This document shows, in pieces, positions 30,793-42,656 of a DNA stretch of 64,000 bases (position 1 is its first letter; each line of letters opens with the position of its first letter). The position numbers were made by a program, and so were the translations under genes. The notes beneath the pieces are model-generated. The model was not told where the DNA came from. It saw only the letters and a program-made list of their open reading frames with translations, and searched no databases. The stretch is from Eledone cirrhosa. Its lineage: Eukaryota. The DNA is taken from assembly GCA_964016885.1 (NCBI GenBank), contig OZ024759.1, positions 31,124,001-31,188,000 on the forward strand, read 5' to 3'.

Positions 30793-31217
30793 AGATATTC
30801 TTAGGAGAGGTGGACAACAGACAGTCTTCTGAGAAGTAAGTCTGCCTCTTTGCATATGTTTCTCCCTTTAACATGTAACACATACTATATATATATATAT
30901 ATAAGTGTGTATGTGTGTATGCATATATATTCTACACACACACACACTCACACATACATATATATATATAGTAGTAAGATTGTCTCAGGAGAGCTGGACA
31001 ACAGACAATTTTCACAGAAGCAACTACATATCCTGCAATTGTTTGAACTCTTAACATCTGACACACACTATATATGTATAACTATATATATATATATATA
31101 TATATAGTAGTAAGATACTCTCAGGAGGGCTGGAAAACAGATGGTCTTCAGAAAAGTAAACTCCATGATGCGATTGTTTCATCCCTCAAGTTCTGACACA
31201 TACCACTATATATATAC

Positions 31218-31248
<31 letters not shown>

Positions 31249-31332
31249 GTGGTAAGAACTTGTCAAGAAAGTTGGACAGCCAAAGGTCTTCAGACAAGTT
31301 ATGGCCTCCTTCATGCAAATGTTTGAACCTTC
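30793..31332. repeat. Four diverged ~95-bp units separated by (TA)n
   Basis: AAGA..CTCAGGAGAGCTGGACAACAGA..GTCTTCAGA.AAG...TGC.ATTGTTT units near 30793, 30970, 31107 and 31248. Confidence 0.7.
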
Positions 31333-31376
31333 ATTTATGTCGAATAAAACTATGCTAATACATTAACACACATGTG

Positions 31377-31409
<33 letters not shown>

Positions 31410-31412
<3 letters not shown>

Positions 31413-31525
31413 TCCACATCTTACGTTAACTATTTTTCTATTTTTCCATTTTGACATTATAGTCACTTATATATTATGAAATACTGTTGGCTTCACGCTG
31501 ACAACAATTTCTATACTTTAATTTA
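31410..31525 (+). mobile_element. Short TA-embedded repeat, with a homologue at about 43508-43598
   Basis: Shared ATCTTA.GTTAACT..AGTCACTTATAT..ATACTGTT.GCTTC.CGCT..ACAACAATTTCTATACTTT. Confidence 0.55.
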
Positions 31526-31575
31526 TTTATATATATATATACATATATACGTATATATATATGTGTGTATGTATG

Positions 31576-31641
<66 letters not shown>

Positions 31642-32865
31642 CACACACAGACACATTTATTTGAATATATATGTCTGTGTATTCTTTAGATAGGGTTTAA
31701 TTTAATACATTTCATTCATGTGAACTTATTCCCCCTTAACTACAGCTGATTGTACAATACAGAGGGGTTTATATGCTAGCCTTCATACAGGATGATTTCC
31801 CTTGATAATTGATGTACCTGATGCTAAATATATCAGAATACTTAAAAGCATTTGCTATACGTTCAATATTGATGAATCTAAAGCATCTATATGGAAGAGA
31901 ATTCATTTGATGTGTTCAATTTGCAGATATTTATAAAAGCATCTCACAGTTGTCAAGTATTTTCCCCACCTGTCATGTTTGTATATTATTATTCTATATC
32001 GATCTGAATATATCAGAGAATGAACACACCTAGGAAAATGTGTAATTTGTCTGAATTATGAAAAGCCATTGTGTGCATATAAAGCAAAACATATCTCCAT
32101 TTTGAATGCATTCTGCATCATAAAATTTGAGATTTCTGAGAATTTGGAAGGGTCGGAAATTTAGAAGGTTAACTTCTAAAGTTATATTAATATTTACCAC
32201 ATTCAAACAAATACATTCAAGCTTGAATGTAATCAGTACAATCATCCATTTCTTTTATATTCTCTTGGAATTACTTGCACTTATATATTCTTCATGACAG
32301 GACAAACTGAAACCAATCTCATTGTTCGTTCTCTAAGCAGAGAAATATATTATACAATATAGTAATAACTAAACTGAACTATGATGGCATCACAGAGAGA
32401 ATGCCTAGCAAACATTATTATCATGCACCTTGTAGTCTCATCGACCGTTCAACCAAACAATCTAATGTAGTATCCCTAATATATAGCTTCCCGGAATGAA
32501 TATTAAAGTAAGAGTAATGATAATTAAATAAGAGTAAAGACTGTATTCAAATAACAATTTTATACTTTGTAACCATCTGCTTGTAATATACGTGAAGAAC
32601 GGCAATTCATATATTGCTGTGTCTATATGGAATTCACTGAGTCTAAAGACTTTGTAACATTGGTATCATACATATAGATGTTATCTATGCTGTGTTTTTT
32701 ATGTAAATGCGTATAAACACACACTCACAAACACACACATATACATATATATGGATGTATATATATATATTTATGTACACATACTCACATACACATATGT
32801 AATATATTTGAATATATCTGCGAATATATATATACACATACATCGTACATACATACGTATATATA

Positions 32866-32939
<74 letters not shown>

Positions 32940-33021
32940 GACACCACATCTATATCTCTAATCTACATATTCATTTTCTGCCATCGGTCATTTTATATTT
33001 TGCTTTTATGGAAGTATATAT

Positions 33022-33052
<31 letters not shown>

Positions 33053-33182
33053 AATGCATATATACATATATATATACATACATGTATATATACACGCATA
33101 TATAAATATATATATATATATATAAATGCATATATACATATATATATACATACATGTATATATACACGCATATATTAATATA

Positions 33183-33214
<32 letters not shown>

Positions 33215-33484
33215 ATGTATTCTCACATACATTCTCTGTATTTTGTATAGGTTTATAGTTTTGTTTCCCCAGTCCAATCAATTTTAGCCAATGCTTCATT
33301 CAAAGGAAAAAAAAAAATACATTCGATTGGCTTGGGTTTGGTTTAATAAGAATTTCTCATGAGTCGATGCCAAACATGCCATTTCTTAACTTACTCTAGT
33401 ATATCATCATTATAATCATTAAGCAAACTTTGAAGCCCTCTCATATTGACATCGGAGACCATTGAATTATTTCACAATTCATAT

Positions 33485-34678
33485 CTATGCTACTTCTTCA
33501 TCTTCTTCAATGTTTAGATGTACTTTCTCTGTATTGGAATCAAAGTAGGCATTTGACGGACCTTCGTTTTCGTTTTCATTTTTCCGATTCGATTGAGGGT
33601 TACAGTGGCTTGGTGGGTGTGATTCAACAATGCTGGTATATTGAGTGAAATTACCATTTGAGGTTGGCTCGGGAGACGAGGGAAATAAACATGGGGCAAC
33701 AGTTTTAAATTCTTTGCGAAAATTGTCGTTCATCCAAGCATATAAGAACGGATTATACATTGTGGAACTCATTGCTATAATGTGAGCAATAAAGAAGATC
33801 AATATGTAATATTCCCATCGTGCAAGAAATTTTTGGTACTCTGTGGCCAAATGCCAAATATTTAAAGGTAGCCAACAGCAGACAAATATCGAAACCATCG
33901 CAATTAGCATGTTATTGGTTCGCCTTTTTCTTCTAATTTCAAGTTCATCTTTTTCTCGCGATTTCGATCCCATTGATATTTTCATTTTGGTTCTCATTTT
34001 AAGGACATTTGAGACTTTGGTATAACAGTAAGCAATAATACAGCAAGGCACGATGTATTGAAGTACCAAACTTGTCAAAGTGAAAAACTGTCGTGACTGC
34101 TTACGTGGCCAGTTCTCTTCACATGAGTATATCGTTCCGTTTTTCTTCATATCAACCTGCTGGTAAATGCCTAAAGGCAAGGATATTGAGATTGATATAA
34201 TCCAAATTGCTATAAGCAGAAGTAAACATGTGACCTTTTTCATCCTGGGTCGAAATGGGTATACGATAACGAAATAACGATCAATTGCAATCGCAGTCGA
34301 GGTTAGGGTGGAAACATAAACACTCAGTCCTAACGTCATAGGTACTAAATGGCACATAGTTTCACCGAACACCCACGACGTCATGTAATATCCTATTGGT
34401 GTGAACGGTACAGCTAGTAAGCACATAAGGATATCAGATATTGCAAGGTTCGTTATGAAAATATTTGTAATAGTTTGCATCGCACGATTTCTCAAAACCA
34501 CGTAGACGACGAGGGAGTTTCCAGATAATCCAAGCAGGAATATTAAGCTATAGAGGAGAATACACAGAGACTGAACCCAGGGCTGCCACATAATTAAGTT
34601 CTGTTTCCCCATATTACTTTCAGTTTCATTAGGAAAATAAGAATCCGGGTAAGCTGTGTTACTGTTGTTGTTATTCAT
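33485..34678 (-). CDS. Class A neuropeptide GPCR, short neuropeptide F / prolactin-releasing peptide receptor type (NPY receptor superfamily), 397 aa, intronless CDS
   Basis: Seven hydrophobic segments with GN (TM1), NLAISD (TM2), AIDRY, CEENWP (ECL2), CWLP (TM6) and NPFLYAW (TM7), plus N-terminal sequons. VSTLTSTAIAIDRYFVIVYPFRPRM and RRKRRTNNMLIAMV resemble sNPF receptors. An in-frame TAA 13 codons upstream supports the ATG. Confidence 0.93.
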   Translation of the reverse strand: MNNNNSNTAYPDSYFPNETESNMGKQNLIMWQPWVQSLCILLYSLIFLLGLSGNSLVVYVVLRNRAMQTITNIFITNLAISDILMCLLAVPFTPIGYYMTSWVFGETMCHLVPMTLGLSVYVSTLTSTAIAIDRYFVIVYPFRPRMKKVTCLLLLIAIWIISISISLPLGIYQQVDMKKNGTIYSCEENWPRKQSRQFFTLTSLVLQYIVPCCIIAYCYTKVSNVLKMRTKMKISMGSKSREKDELEIRRKRRTNNMLIAMVSIFVCCWLPLNIWHLATEYQKFLARWEYYILIFFIAHIIAMSSTMYNPFLYAWMNDNFRKEFKTVAPCLFPSSPEPTSNGNFTQYTSIVESHPPSHCNPQSNRKNENENEGPSNAYFDSNTEKVHLNIEEDEEVA

Positions 34679-34894
34679 CTTCGTTAGTGTAAGCAGTCCA
34701 ATGATTATAAAACTTTAATCGCAATCTTTTTCGTTGTTCCTCGTATCCTATTTCTCAGCTCCTCTCTCTCTCGGAATGAGTTTCTCTTCGTTTTCACCTT
34801 CCTTTTATTTTAATCTTTATTTTCAAATATTTTTTTCTTCCTTCCTTCCTTCCTTCCTTCCTTCTTTTACTTGAGTTGCGCTCTAAGTAAATAT

Positions 34895-34915
34895 CTGAAA
34901 AATACAAAATTGATT
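34895..34915 (-). promoter_or_regulatory. Probable splice acceptor ahead of the GPCR coding exon
   Basis: The minus strand reads ATTTTGTATTTTTCAG|ATATTT, 216 nt upstream of the ATG. Confidence 0.55.
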
Positions 34916-34988
34916 CAACTGTATAAAATGACACATCACATATATATCTTTAAAAGTAATTTTAAATTATTGAATATATATATATATA

Positions 34989-35070
34989 TACGGGGTCGAT
35001 AAAATAAAGTACCAGTAATACACTGGGTAATTGCTGGCCTTGTGCCTAAAGTAGAAACAATTATTATTAT

Positions 35071-35101
<31 letters not shown>

Positions 35102-35241
35102 TGTTCAAATCCTGCCGAGGTTAACTTTGCCTTTCATCCTTACGGAGTCGATAAAATAAAGTACCAGTCACGCACTGGGGTTGATTTAATTGACTTTCCC
35201 ATCCCTCAAAATTGCTGGCCTTGTGCCTATATAAGAAACCA
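34989..35241 (+). mobile_element. Two 5'-truncated SINE family A copies
   Basis: 34989-35065 and 35103-35241. Confidence 0.8.
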
Positions 35242-35244
35242 GTG

Positions 35245-35304
<60 letters not shown>

Positions 35305-35788
35305 ATAGTAGTAGTAACCTTATTGTCGTCGTCATCATCATGTGTTGAAGTTGGCTAAACATCGGGAAGAAATACCATTATGACATTTCATGCAACACTA
35401 ATGTTTCTGCTAATCACCATATTTGTTTTACAAGATGTAAGTGAGTGTTCCACATTCACACTTCCTCTGACGATATTTTAAATTTATCTGATTTTATTAC
35501 TTTGTCTCTGTGAGAAAATGTCAACAAGATGAATGATTATAACACAATAATATTAAGCTGTAAGAAATTTGAAGCATGAATGAAAACATTAAAGGACATT
35601 CTAATAGAAATGAATTGTACTAACGCAAGGAACTTCATTAAGACCTATATAATCTGCAGCAAAACATTTTCACAGAAAGCAATGACACCAAGATTTAAGT
35701 ATTTGAATTTAGTTGAAGGTTTTGTGCTTCAAGTGGTGTACTATTAAAGTGATATGTCAATGACCAGAATAATAATGTGGAAGTTTAA

Positions 35789-36008
35789 CCCTTTAGCATT
35801 TAAACCGGTCATATCTGGCCAGAATTCTCTCACCTCTTTCTGTTCAAACCAGCCATAACCAGCTGCTCATATTTATGTTAAGGTATTGTTCTTAAAATAA
35901 ATAACACCAAAATCTCCTAGATTCGATATTATGTGAGATAAAGCCTTTATGGTGAAAATATAATAGAAAATATAATAGTATATGTAGAGTAACGTAAATG
36001 CTAAAGGG
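35789..36008 (+). mobile_element. piggyBac-type MITE, 220 bp
   Basis: TTAA|CCCTTTAGCATTTA...TAAATGCTAAAGGG|TTAA. Confidence 0.88.
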
Positions 36009-36346
36009 TTAACTGAACGAAATATATGTGAAACGAAATAAATGTTGAAGATAAGGAAAGATCTGAAATAGGAAAGCATAAATTTGAAAGAAATAATACA
36101 TGTTAACTAGTAGAATCTTAACAACGAACTTGACACTGTTATTGTTTGTGTATACTGGTTGAATGGAAGGAAAGTAGAAAGGCCTTTGTGTGGTAATTTC
36201 ATTAGATATTTAAGAAGAAAAGATCTGTATAGATCAAGATAATCAAATAGAAAATAATGTTACAGACAAAATCATAGAAGAACAGAACTCTAATGATTTT
36301 AAACAGTATAGAAAGAAATAGAGACAGATGTAGATACTACCAAATA

Positions 36347-36499
36347 CAGTATTTCTTGGTGTTGAAGGCGCTACTTTTTTCCTAAAATAAGTCTCAAAAA
36401 TCTACCATGCATCCTGGAGGCCAAAGGTTCTTTATTATTTTTTTTCAAATTTTTGGTGTGTCCTTGAGGACGAAGTGTCTTCGGTGCTGGGAAATATGG
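36347..36499. mobile_element. Tc1/pogo-type MITE, second copy
   Basis: Homologous to 5890-6062; TA flanks. Confidence 0.68.
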
Positions 36500-36533
36500 T
36501 ACTCATTCTCTCTCAAATACACATATGTACACC

Positions 36534-36692
36534 CAGGGTCGTCTTAACAGCATTATAGGCCCCCGGGCAAAGCAGAGCACTGGGGCCCCTACCTACACAA
36601 CCACTCACAGGAATAAAAATACAAATGGGCCCCCTATCCTCGAGGGGCCCCCGGGAAACTGCCCAGCATGCCCGTGCATTAAGACGGCCCTG
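36534..36692. mobile_element. hAT-type MITE, 159 bp
   Basis: TIR CAGGGTCGTCTTAA / TTAAGACGGCCCTG; 8-bp TSD TGTACACC/TATACACC; internal GGGCCC motifs. Confidence 0.88.
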
Positions 36693-37285
36693 TATACACC
36701 AGGTCTGAACACAAAAGAACCAAACTCCCACTTTCGGAGTGTAATGTAAGAAATTGCCTATCAGCTTGACAGATGGTATATTATTCATTTCTTCACCAAC
36801 TAATTTATTGTTTCATTGAATCAGTTCAGTGAGGAGGGAAGACAATAATGCATGACCCTTTATTTTCCCATATTGCCTGAATACTGGGGAAAGTTATCTG
36901 TAAACCAGGAAACTGTCCTGAATGCTGGCAAATGAGTGAACAACTTTGCTGGAGTCAGCTAGTAACCAGGTGGTGTTATATCAAGCAACAGATAAAGTCC
37001 ACAAGCCAAGAACTCAGAAAGGTAATAAAATAAACTGAGTGTCACAAGACGTCCCTTACAACACTTTGCAAATTCCACCAAGCCACCACTCTGGACTGGT
37101 TCTTTATTTTGTTCTTCCCGAAAAGATATAAGTTGAACTCCCTGTGGTTTGATCTCATAATGACAAATGACTGACACACTTTGTCCTGTTTTCTAACAAA
37201 GTTTCTAAATCATCTTACATATGTATAAATTTGTGACAAGTGATGGATTCATAAGTGTACTATAATGACATATGACATGTCTTAA

Positions 37286-37711
37286 CCCTTTAGCATTTAC
37301 ATTACTCTTTATATACTATTGTATTTTCGCAGTAAAAGCTTTACCTCACATAATATCTCATATATCGTATCTATGAGATTTTGATATTATTTATTCTGAG
37401 TACAATACCTTAACATGAGTATGAGTGGCCAGTTATGGCCGGTTTAAACAAAAGGAAGTGAGAAAATTCTAGCCGGATATGACCATTTTAAATGCTAAAG
37501 GGTTAAACAGGCCATATCCGGTCAGAATTCCCTCACCTCTTTCAGTTCAAACTGGCCATAAATGGCTGCTTATACTGATGTTAAGGTATTGTTCTCAAAA
37601 TCAATAATATCAAAATCTCATAGATTCAATATTATGTGAGATATTATGTGAGGTAAAGTCTTTACCACAAAAATACAATAGTAAATGTTGAGTAATACAA
37701 ATGCTAAAAAG
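37286..37711. mobile_element. Two piggyBac-type MITEs in opposite orientation sharing a TTAA
   Basis: 37286-37502 (reverse, complete TIRs) abuts 37503-37711 (forward, first ~11 nt missing). Confidence 0.82.
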
Positions 37712-38370
37712 TTAAACATTTTGAACCTGGCGGACTTCCAAAGAAGGGAATACAGAGTGGAAGAGAGAAAGGCAGTGAGAAAGAGCTATAGAGGAAGAAA
37801 GGACCGCACTACAGGTATAGTATGATTTTACTTTTACTTCAAAATGAAGAGAAGCCAAGATGAACTAGATGGGATTTGAACTAAGAAGTCACACAGACAG
37901 AGCTGGAACGGAGACTGTAAAACAACCTATCCAACATTCTAACAACCATACATATTCACCACCTATTCATCAGATACATATAATCCGTCTAAAATAAATC
38001 AATAGAGCACCATTTTTGTTTCTGCTCTTTGGTGAAGATCATCAAAGCAATAGAAACTATCACTGCATGACTATTAAAGCTGCCATTTTATAAGCAGCAC
38101 TAGAACACTGTTATCAAAGGATATGGAAGACCATTTTATCTAAATCACTGGATAACGATAAAATCGAAGATATGAAATACTTCCATTTATCTCTTTTTCT
38201 CTTTATATGTATATGTGTACATATATATATATGTGTGTGTGTGTGTATAAGCTGGTTGGTGATATTAAAAACAATACAAGCAAATATATATCCATCAGTG
38301 GATTCCAAAGTCAAAGCAATTGAAGAATTTTATATACATTCACAGTTGGATGTGTGTCAGTAAATCACAG

Positions 38371-38424
<54 letters not shown>

Positions 38425-38456
38425 ATATATAGATATAGATATATAGATATACATAC

Positions 38457-38495
<39 letters not shown>

Positions 38496-38517
38496 TATAT
38501 AGATATACATACATATG

Positions 38518-38549
<32 letters not shown>

Positions 38550-38581
38550 GATATAGATATATATATATATCATATATACAT

Positions 38582-38710
38582 TATGGGGTAGTAGAGTGGG
38601 TAATATGAAAAAATTCAGAACCACAACAGTCTAGATCCGAACTGTACTGTTCAGATATAGCTGTCGAAACAGCTGGAGCTCAGCTGTCGGGGTCCTGAAT
38701 CTTTTCATAT
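38582..38710. mobile_element. Family P1 element with an inversion
   Basis: GAAAC-AGCTGGAGCTCAGCT-GTC-GGGGT, preceded by an inverted copy of the downstream tail. Confidence 0.55.
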
Positions 38711-38729
38711 ATATATATATACAGACACA

Positions 38730-38768
<39 letters not shown>

Positions 38769-38863
38769 GTTTACATATATATATATACATATATACATAT
38801 ACGTGTTTTGCAACGGGTCACTTTGTGGCTCAATGAAAAGTTAATAAATTAAATAATCAGAGC

Positions 38864-38990
38864 TATATATCATAAAACATGTCTATAGAATCACCAGATA
38901 AAATATATACCATATATATACCATTTCCTCTCCCAGGAAATGGTATATATTTTATCTGGTGATTCTATAGACATGTTTTATGATATATAT
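38864..38990. repeat. Near-perfect palindrome, ~55-bp arms
   Basis: TCATAAAACATGTCTATAGAATCACCAGATAAAATATATACCAT and its reverse complement flank TTCCT-CTCCC-AGGAA; one arm has an 11-nt internal duplication. Confidence 0.85.
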
Positions 38991-39332
38991 ATATACATAC
39001 AGACATATATATATACATATATATTATATAATATAAATATATATATTATTCTCAAGAAAGGAGATATGCACTAATAAACTTGATGCTATCTGAGCTCTTT
39101 CCTTATTGCTATATCGATATTTTATTAATTTCTAGATTTATGATTTATGTCACCCTATCTTTGACTAAATTAAAATCATGTGCAACAGATACAAGTAAAA
39201 AAATACTGAAGTAGTGAGACTAGTGGTAAAATCCAACAGCTCACATCTATGTGTGTGTGAACAGCTCACACCTATGCAAGTTTAGCTGGCCTCCTCCAAG
39301 GTATATCTCGTTGGAGGTGTCTTGGGTGATTT

Positions 39333-39503
39333 AATGATAGGGGCCCCAGTCCCTATCATCTCATTTCTACAGCTGAGTAAACTGGAGCAACGTGAAATAA
39401 AGTGTCTTGCTCAAGGAAACAACATATCATCCGGTCCGAGATTTGAACTCACAACCTTTCAATTGAAAGCCCAATGCTCTAACCACTAAACCATGCACCT
39501 TCA
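39333..39503 (-). mobile_element. SINE family B, 5' half
   Basis: Reverse-complement match to 14929-15100. Confidence 0.82.
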
Positions 39504-39713
39504 ACAAACTAGTAGATTAGATTTACTTGACAATCACTACCTGATTGAAAACACTTGAGAAATATCATAACACTTTCCAAAATTCATGAAACATGTTTTT
39601 ATAGTCTTTTATGTTATATATATTTTCTTGGTGGAACAAAAAGATGATGTCAGCCATCTAGAAAACACACATGGGGTTCTGAGGCTGTTTGCTTGCAAAC
39701 GAATTGAATAATA

Positions 39714-39965
39714 ATAATTGTTTCTACTTTTGGCACAAGGCCAGCAATTATCCCAGCGCATTACTGGTACTTTATTTTTATCGATCCTATAATGATGAAA
39801 GGCAAAGTTAACCTCGGCGGGAATAATAATATAATAATATTGGCAGTATCGGTAGAGGGTCAGGTGTCATTCTTTGCAGTATAGAGTTATGGCCCTTTCC
39901 GTTCTGAGTTCAAATCCAGCCGAGGTTAACTTCGCCTTGTACCAAAAGAAGAATCAATTATTATT
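39714..39965. mobile_element. Two SINE family A fragments in opposite orientation
   Basis: 39714-39821 (-) and 39839-39965 (+, internally deleted). Confidence 0.78.
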
Positions 39966-40724
39966 ATTCATTCATTTATACACACATTATATTATATATT
40001 ATTTTTTTTTTTTTTTTTTTCATTTTATGTTATTTTATTAATGACTTTTTTCTAGATCTTGAGTAACTAGTCAATCATTTCTCCTTTTAAAAAAATACAA
40101 CTGGTGAAAATACTATAATAGATATTTTACTTCTAAATTCCAAGCACGACTCCATTACGTCATCACAGTACGGACAATTACTTCTCTGGCAAAACTCCTA
40201 AATCCTGTGAAACGAATTCTAGATATCCAAAATGTGGATTTATTATTGTTGCTGTTGTTGCTGCTTTGTTTGCTTTTTCTTCTTCTTTTTCGTCTTCTTC
40301 TTCTCCTTCTTCTTCTTCGTCTTCTTCTTATTATTGAAATCCTTCTTTTTCTTTTTTGTTGTCTTCGTCTTCTCCTTCTTCTTTTTCTTCTCCTTTGTCT
40401 TCAATTTCTTTTTATTCTTCTTCTTCGTAAAATATATCCACCACATCAGATTCCAGTGTAGGTGGAAGAATGGAGACGATGAAATAAAGACGATAGTGGT
40501 AATTGCAACTAATCACCACTTGAAAGTAATTGTCCCTCTCGCTCTAAAACTTTGAAGTAGTTATACAGTATATAGGCATATATACGCAATAAAATGGCCG
40601 ACCAGTTTACAGAAGTTTTCAAACGATACAATGAAATTGATATATATATTCCAGTGGAGCATATGTCTAAGCTATACAGAGTAATTACTATGGTTAATGG
40701 TAAAGCCACTTTTTAAAACTATGG

Positions 40725-41280
40725 ATTGAGAAATTCTGTGCATTTTTTCATGCTCAGCATTAGTGAAGCATGGAACAAACTACCTGCATCAGTTGTTAGC
40801 TGCTGGGACACTGCATCCTTTAAAACCTCATGGAACAAACTACCTGCATCAGTTGTTAGCTGCCGAGACACTGCATCCTTTAAAACCTCATGGAACAAAC
40901 TACCTGCATCAGTTGTTAGCTGCTGGGACACTGCATCCTTTAAAACTTCCATGGAACAAACTACCAGCATCAGTTGTTAGCTGCTGGGACACTGCATCCT
41001 TTAAAACTTCCATTGAACAACCTACCTGCATCAGTTGTTAGCTGTTGAGACACTGCATCCTTTAAAACCTCTATGCTTCCTGAAATTCGCCAACACTACA
41101 CCTGATATCCCCCCTCCATACACACGCACACATGAATATCATGACTCATATACTGTTCACTTTCCTGACATTTTTACATTATTCTATGTACTATACATGT
41201 ACCTTTGATGAGTTGTAGTGCACCTGAGCACTGGACACAAAAATATCATTATTATTATCATTATTATTATTATTATTATA
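40725..41280 (+). mobile_element. CR1-type LINE 3' end with a five-fold tandem amplification of a 60/61-bp unit
   Basis: HFF...SEAWNKLPASVVSC.DTASFK resembles the CR1 ORF2 C-terminus. Units start at 40769, 40829, 40889, 40950 and 41011; (ATT)n tail. Confidence 0.75.
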
Positions 41281-41613
41281 TGAAGCTATGTGTAAACAGT
41301 TTCCATGCTTTCTGACAACAGGTAATATATTTTTCCAATGTAAAAAATATCAGTCTGAGAGAGAGGACATATTGAAGCCAATCATTAAACAACTACCAAG
41401 ATTAGAGACACAATATATTCTCAAAGATCTATCAACTATATACAACTTACCATATATGGAGGCTACAAAAAAGATTCAACAACAGAAACACTACCAGTCT
41501 GAGAGAAAGAGAGATGGACAGGACGTCTTGAAACCCATCATTAAAAATCTACCAACTAGAAACGAAATCTTTCACTATATGGAGATTTATACACACACAC
41601 ACATGTACACACA

Positions 41614-41820
41614 CATCATCATCATCACCGTTTTACGTCAGTTAATCCACGCTAGCATGGGTTAGACAGGTTGACCTGTTGTGTGCAATGCCAGGTCAGG
41701 TGAACATGTCTTGCTCATACAGAACTGATTTTGGCTCAGTTTATACAGCTGGATGCCCTTCCTAACACCAACCTCATTTACAGTGAGTACTGGGTGCTTT
41801 TTTACTGTGGCGCCTACACG
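41614..41820 (-). mobile_element. SINE 3' region with RTE-type tail
   Basis: (CAT)n..TTTTACGTC..CAGCTGGATGCCCTTCCTAACACCAACCTCATTTACAGTGAGT. Confidence 0.75.
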
Positions 41821-41868
<48 letters not shown>

Positions 41869-42023
41869 AATTAGTATATCTACCAACATATATATACAGA
41901 TGCATACCTATGCTAGCAAATATATAGGTTTTGTCTTAGTAACTTTGTGGTTCAATGCAAGGGGATGCAGAACAATTATATGAATGACGTAAAATAAAGA
42001 AATTATAAAAATTAACTTACTTC

Positions 42024-42079
<56 letters not shown>

Positions 42080-42084
<5 letters not shown>

Positions 42085-42173
42085 AAAGTTCCTATTACCC
42101 ACTCTACTACCATAAGTATTGAGTACTTTGGTGCGTTATGGTCCACCTGGTTCCTTACCACATTTCTTCCGTT
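42080..42173 (+). mobile_element. Family P1 tail with a 7-bp terminal fold-back
   Basis: ATAGGAA-AG-TTCCTAT, then sequence matching 4116-4200. Confidence 0.62.
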
Positions 42174-42176
42174 ATA

Positions 42177-42257
<81 letters not shown>

Positions 42258-42579
42258 AGTACACTTCTTTGTGTAAGCCTAAGTTTATCATATATACATA
42301 TATACGAATACACACACAAAGAAAATAAAACATTTTTGCCATCCGACAGCCTAGCCAGTCCACCATTGCATATATTTATATATATATATATTTACACACA
42401 CACACACGTATATATATATATATATATGTGTGTGTGTATATATATAATATATATATATACATATATGTATATATACATATTTACGTGTATATACAAACGT
42501 AAATATGTATATATACATATGTATATATATACATATATATATATATGTATATATATATATACATATATATATATGTATT

Positions 42580-42656
<77 letters not shown>

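Noticed and set aside
30793-31332. CRISPR-like or type II hammerhead reading of the four-unit array
   Set aside because: Eukaryotic context, the spacers are (TA)n and the units are diverged. GAAAC...CTGAAGA on the minus strand has no formable stem I.
40207-40555. Poly-L/F/K ORFs
   Set aside because: (CTT)n low-complexity sequence.
42253-42285. ~32-bp direct match to 60638-60669, as a possible TSD of the foldback element
   Set aside because: It lies about 400 and 1500 bp from the termini; more likely a separate small repeat.
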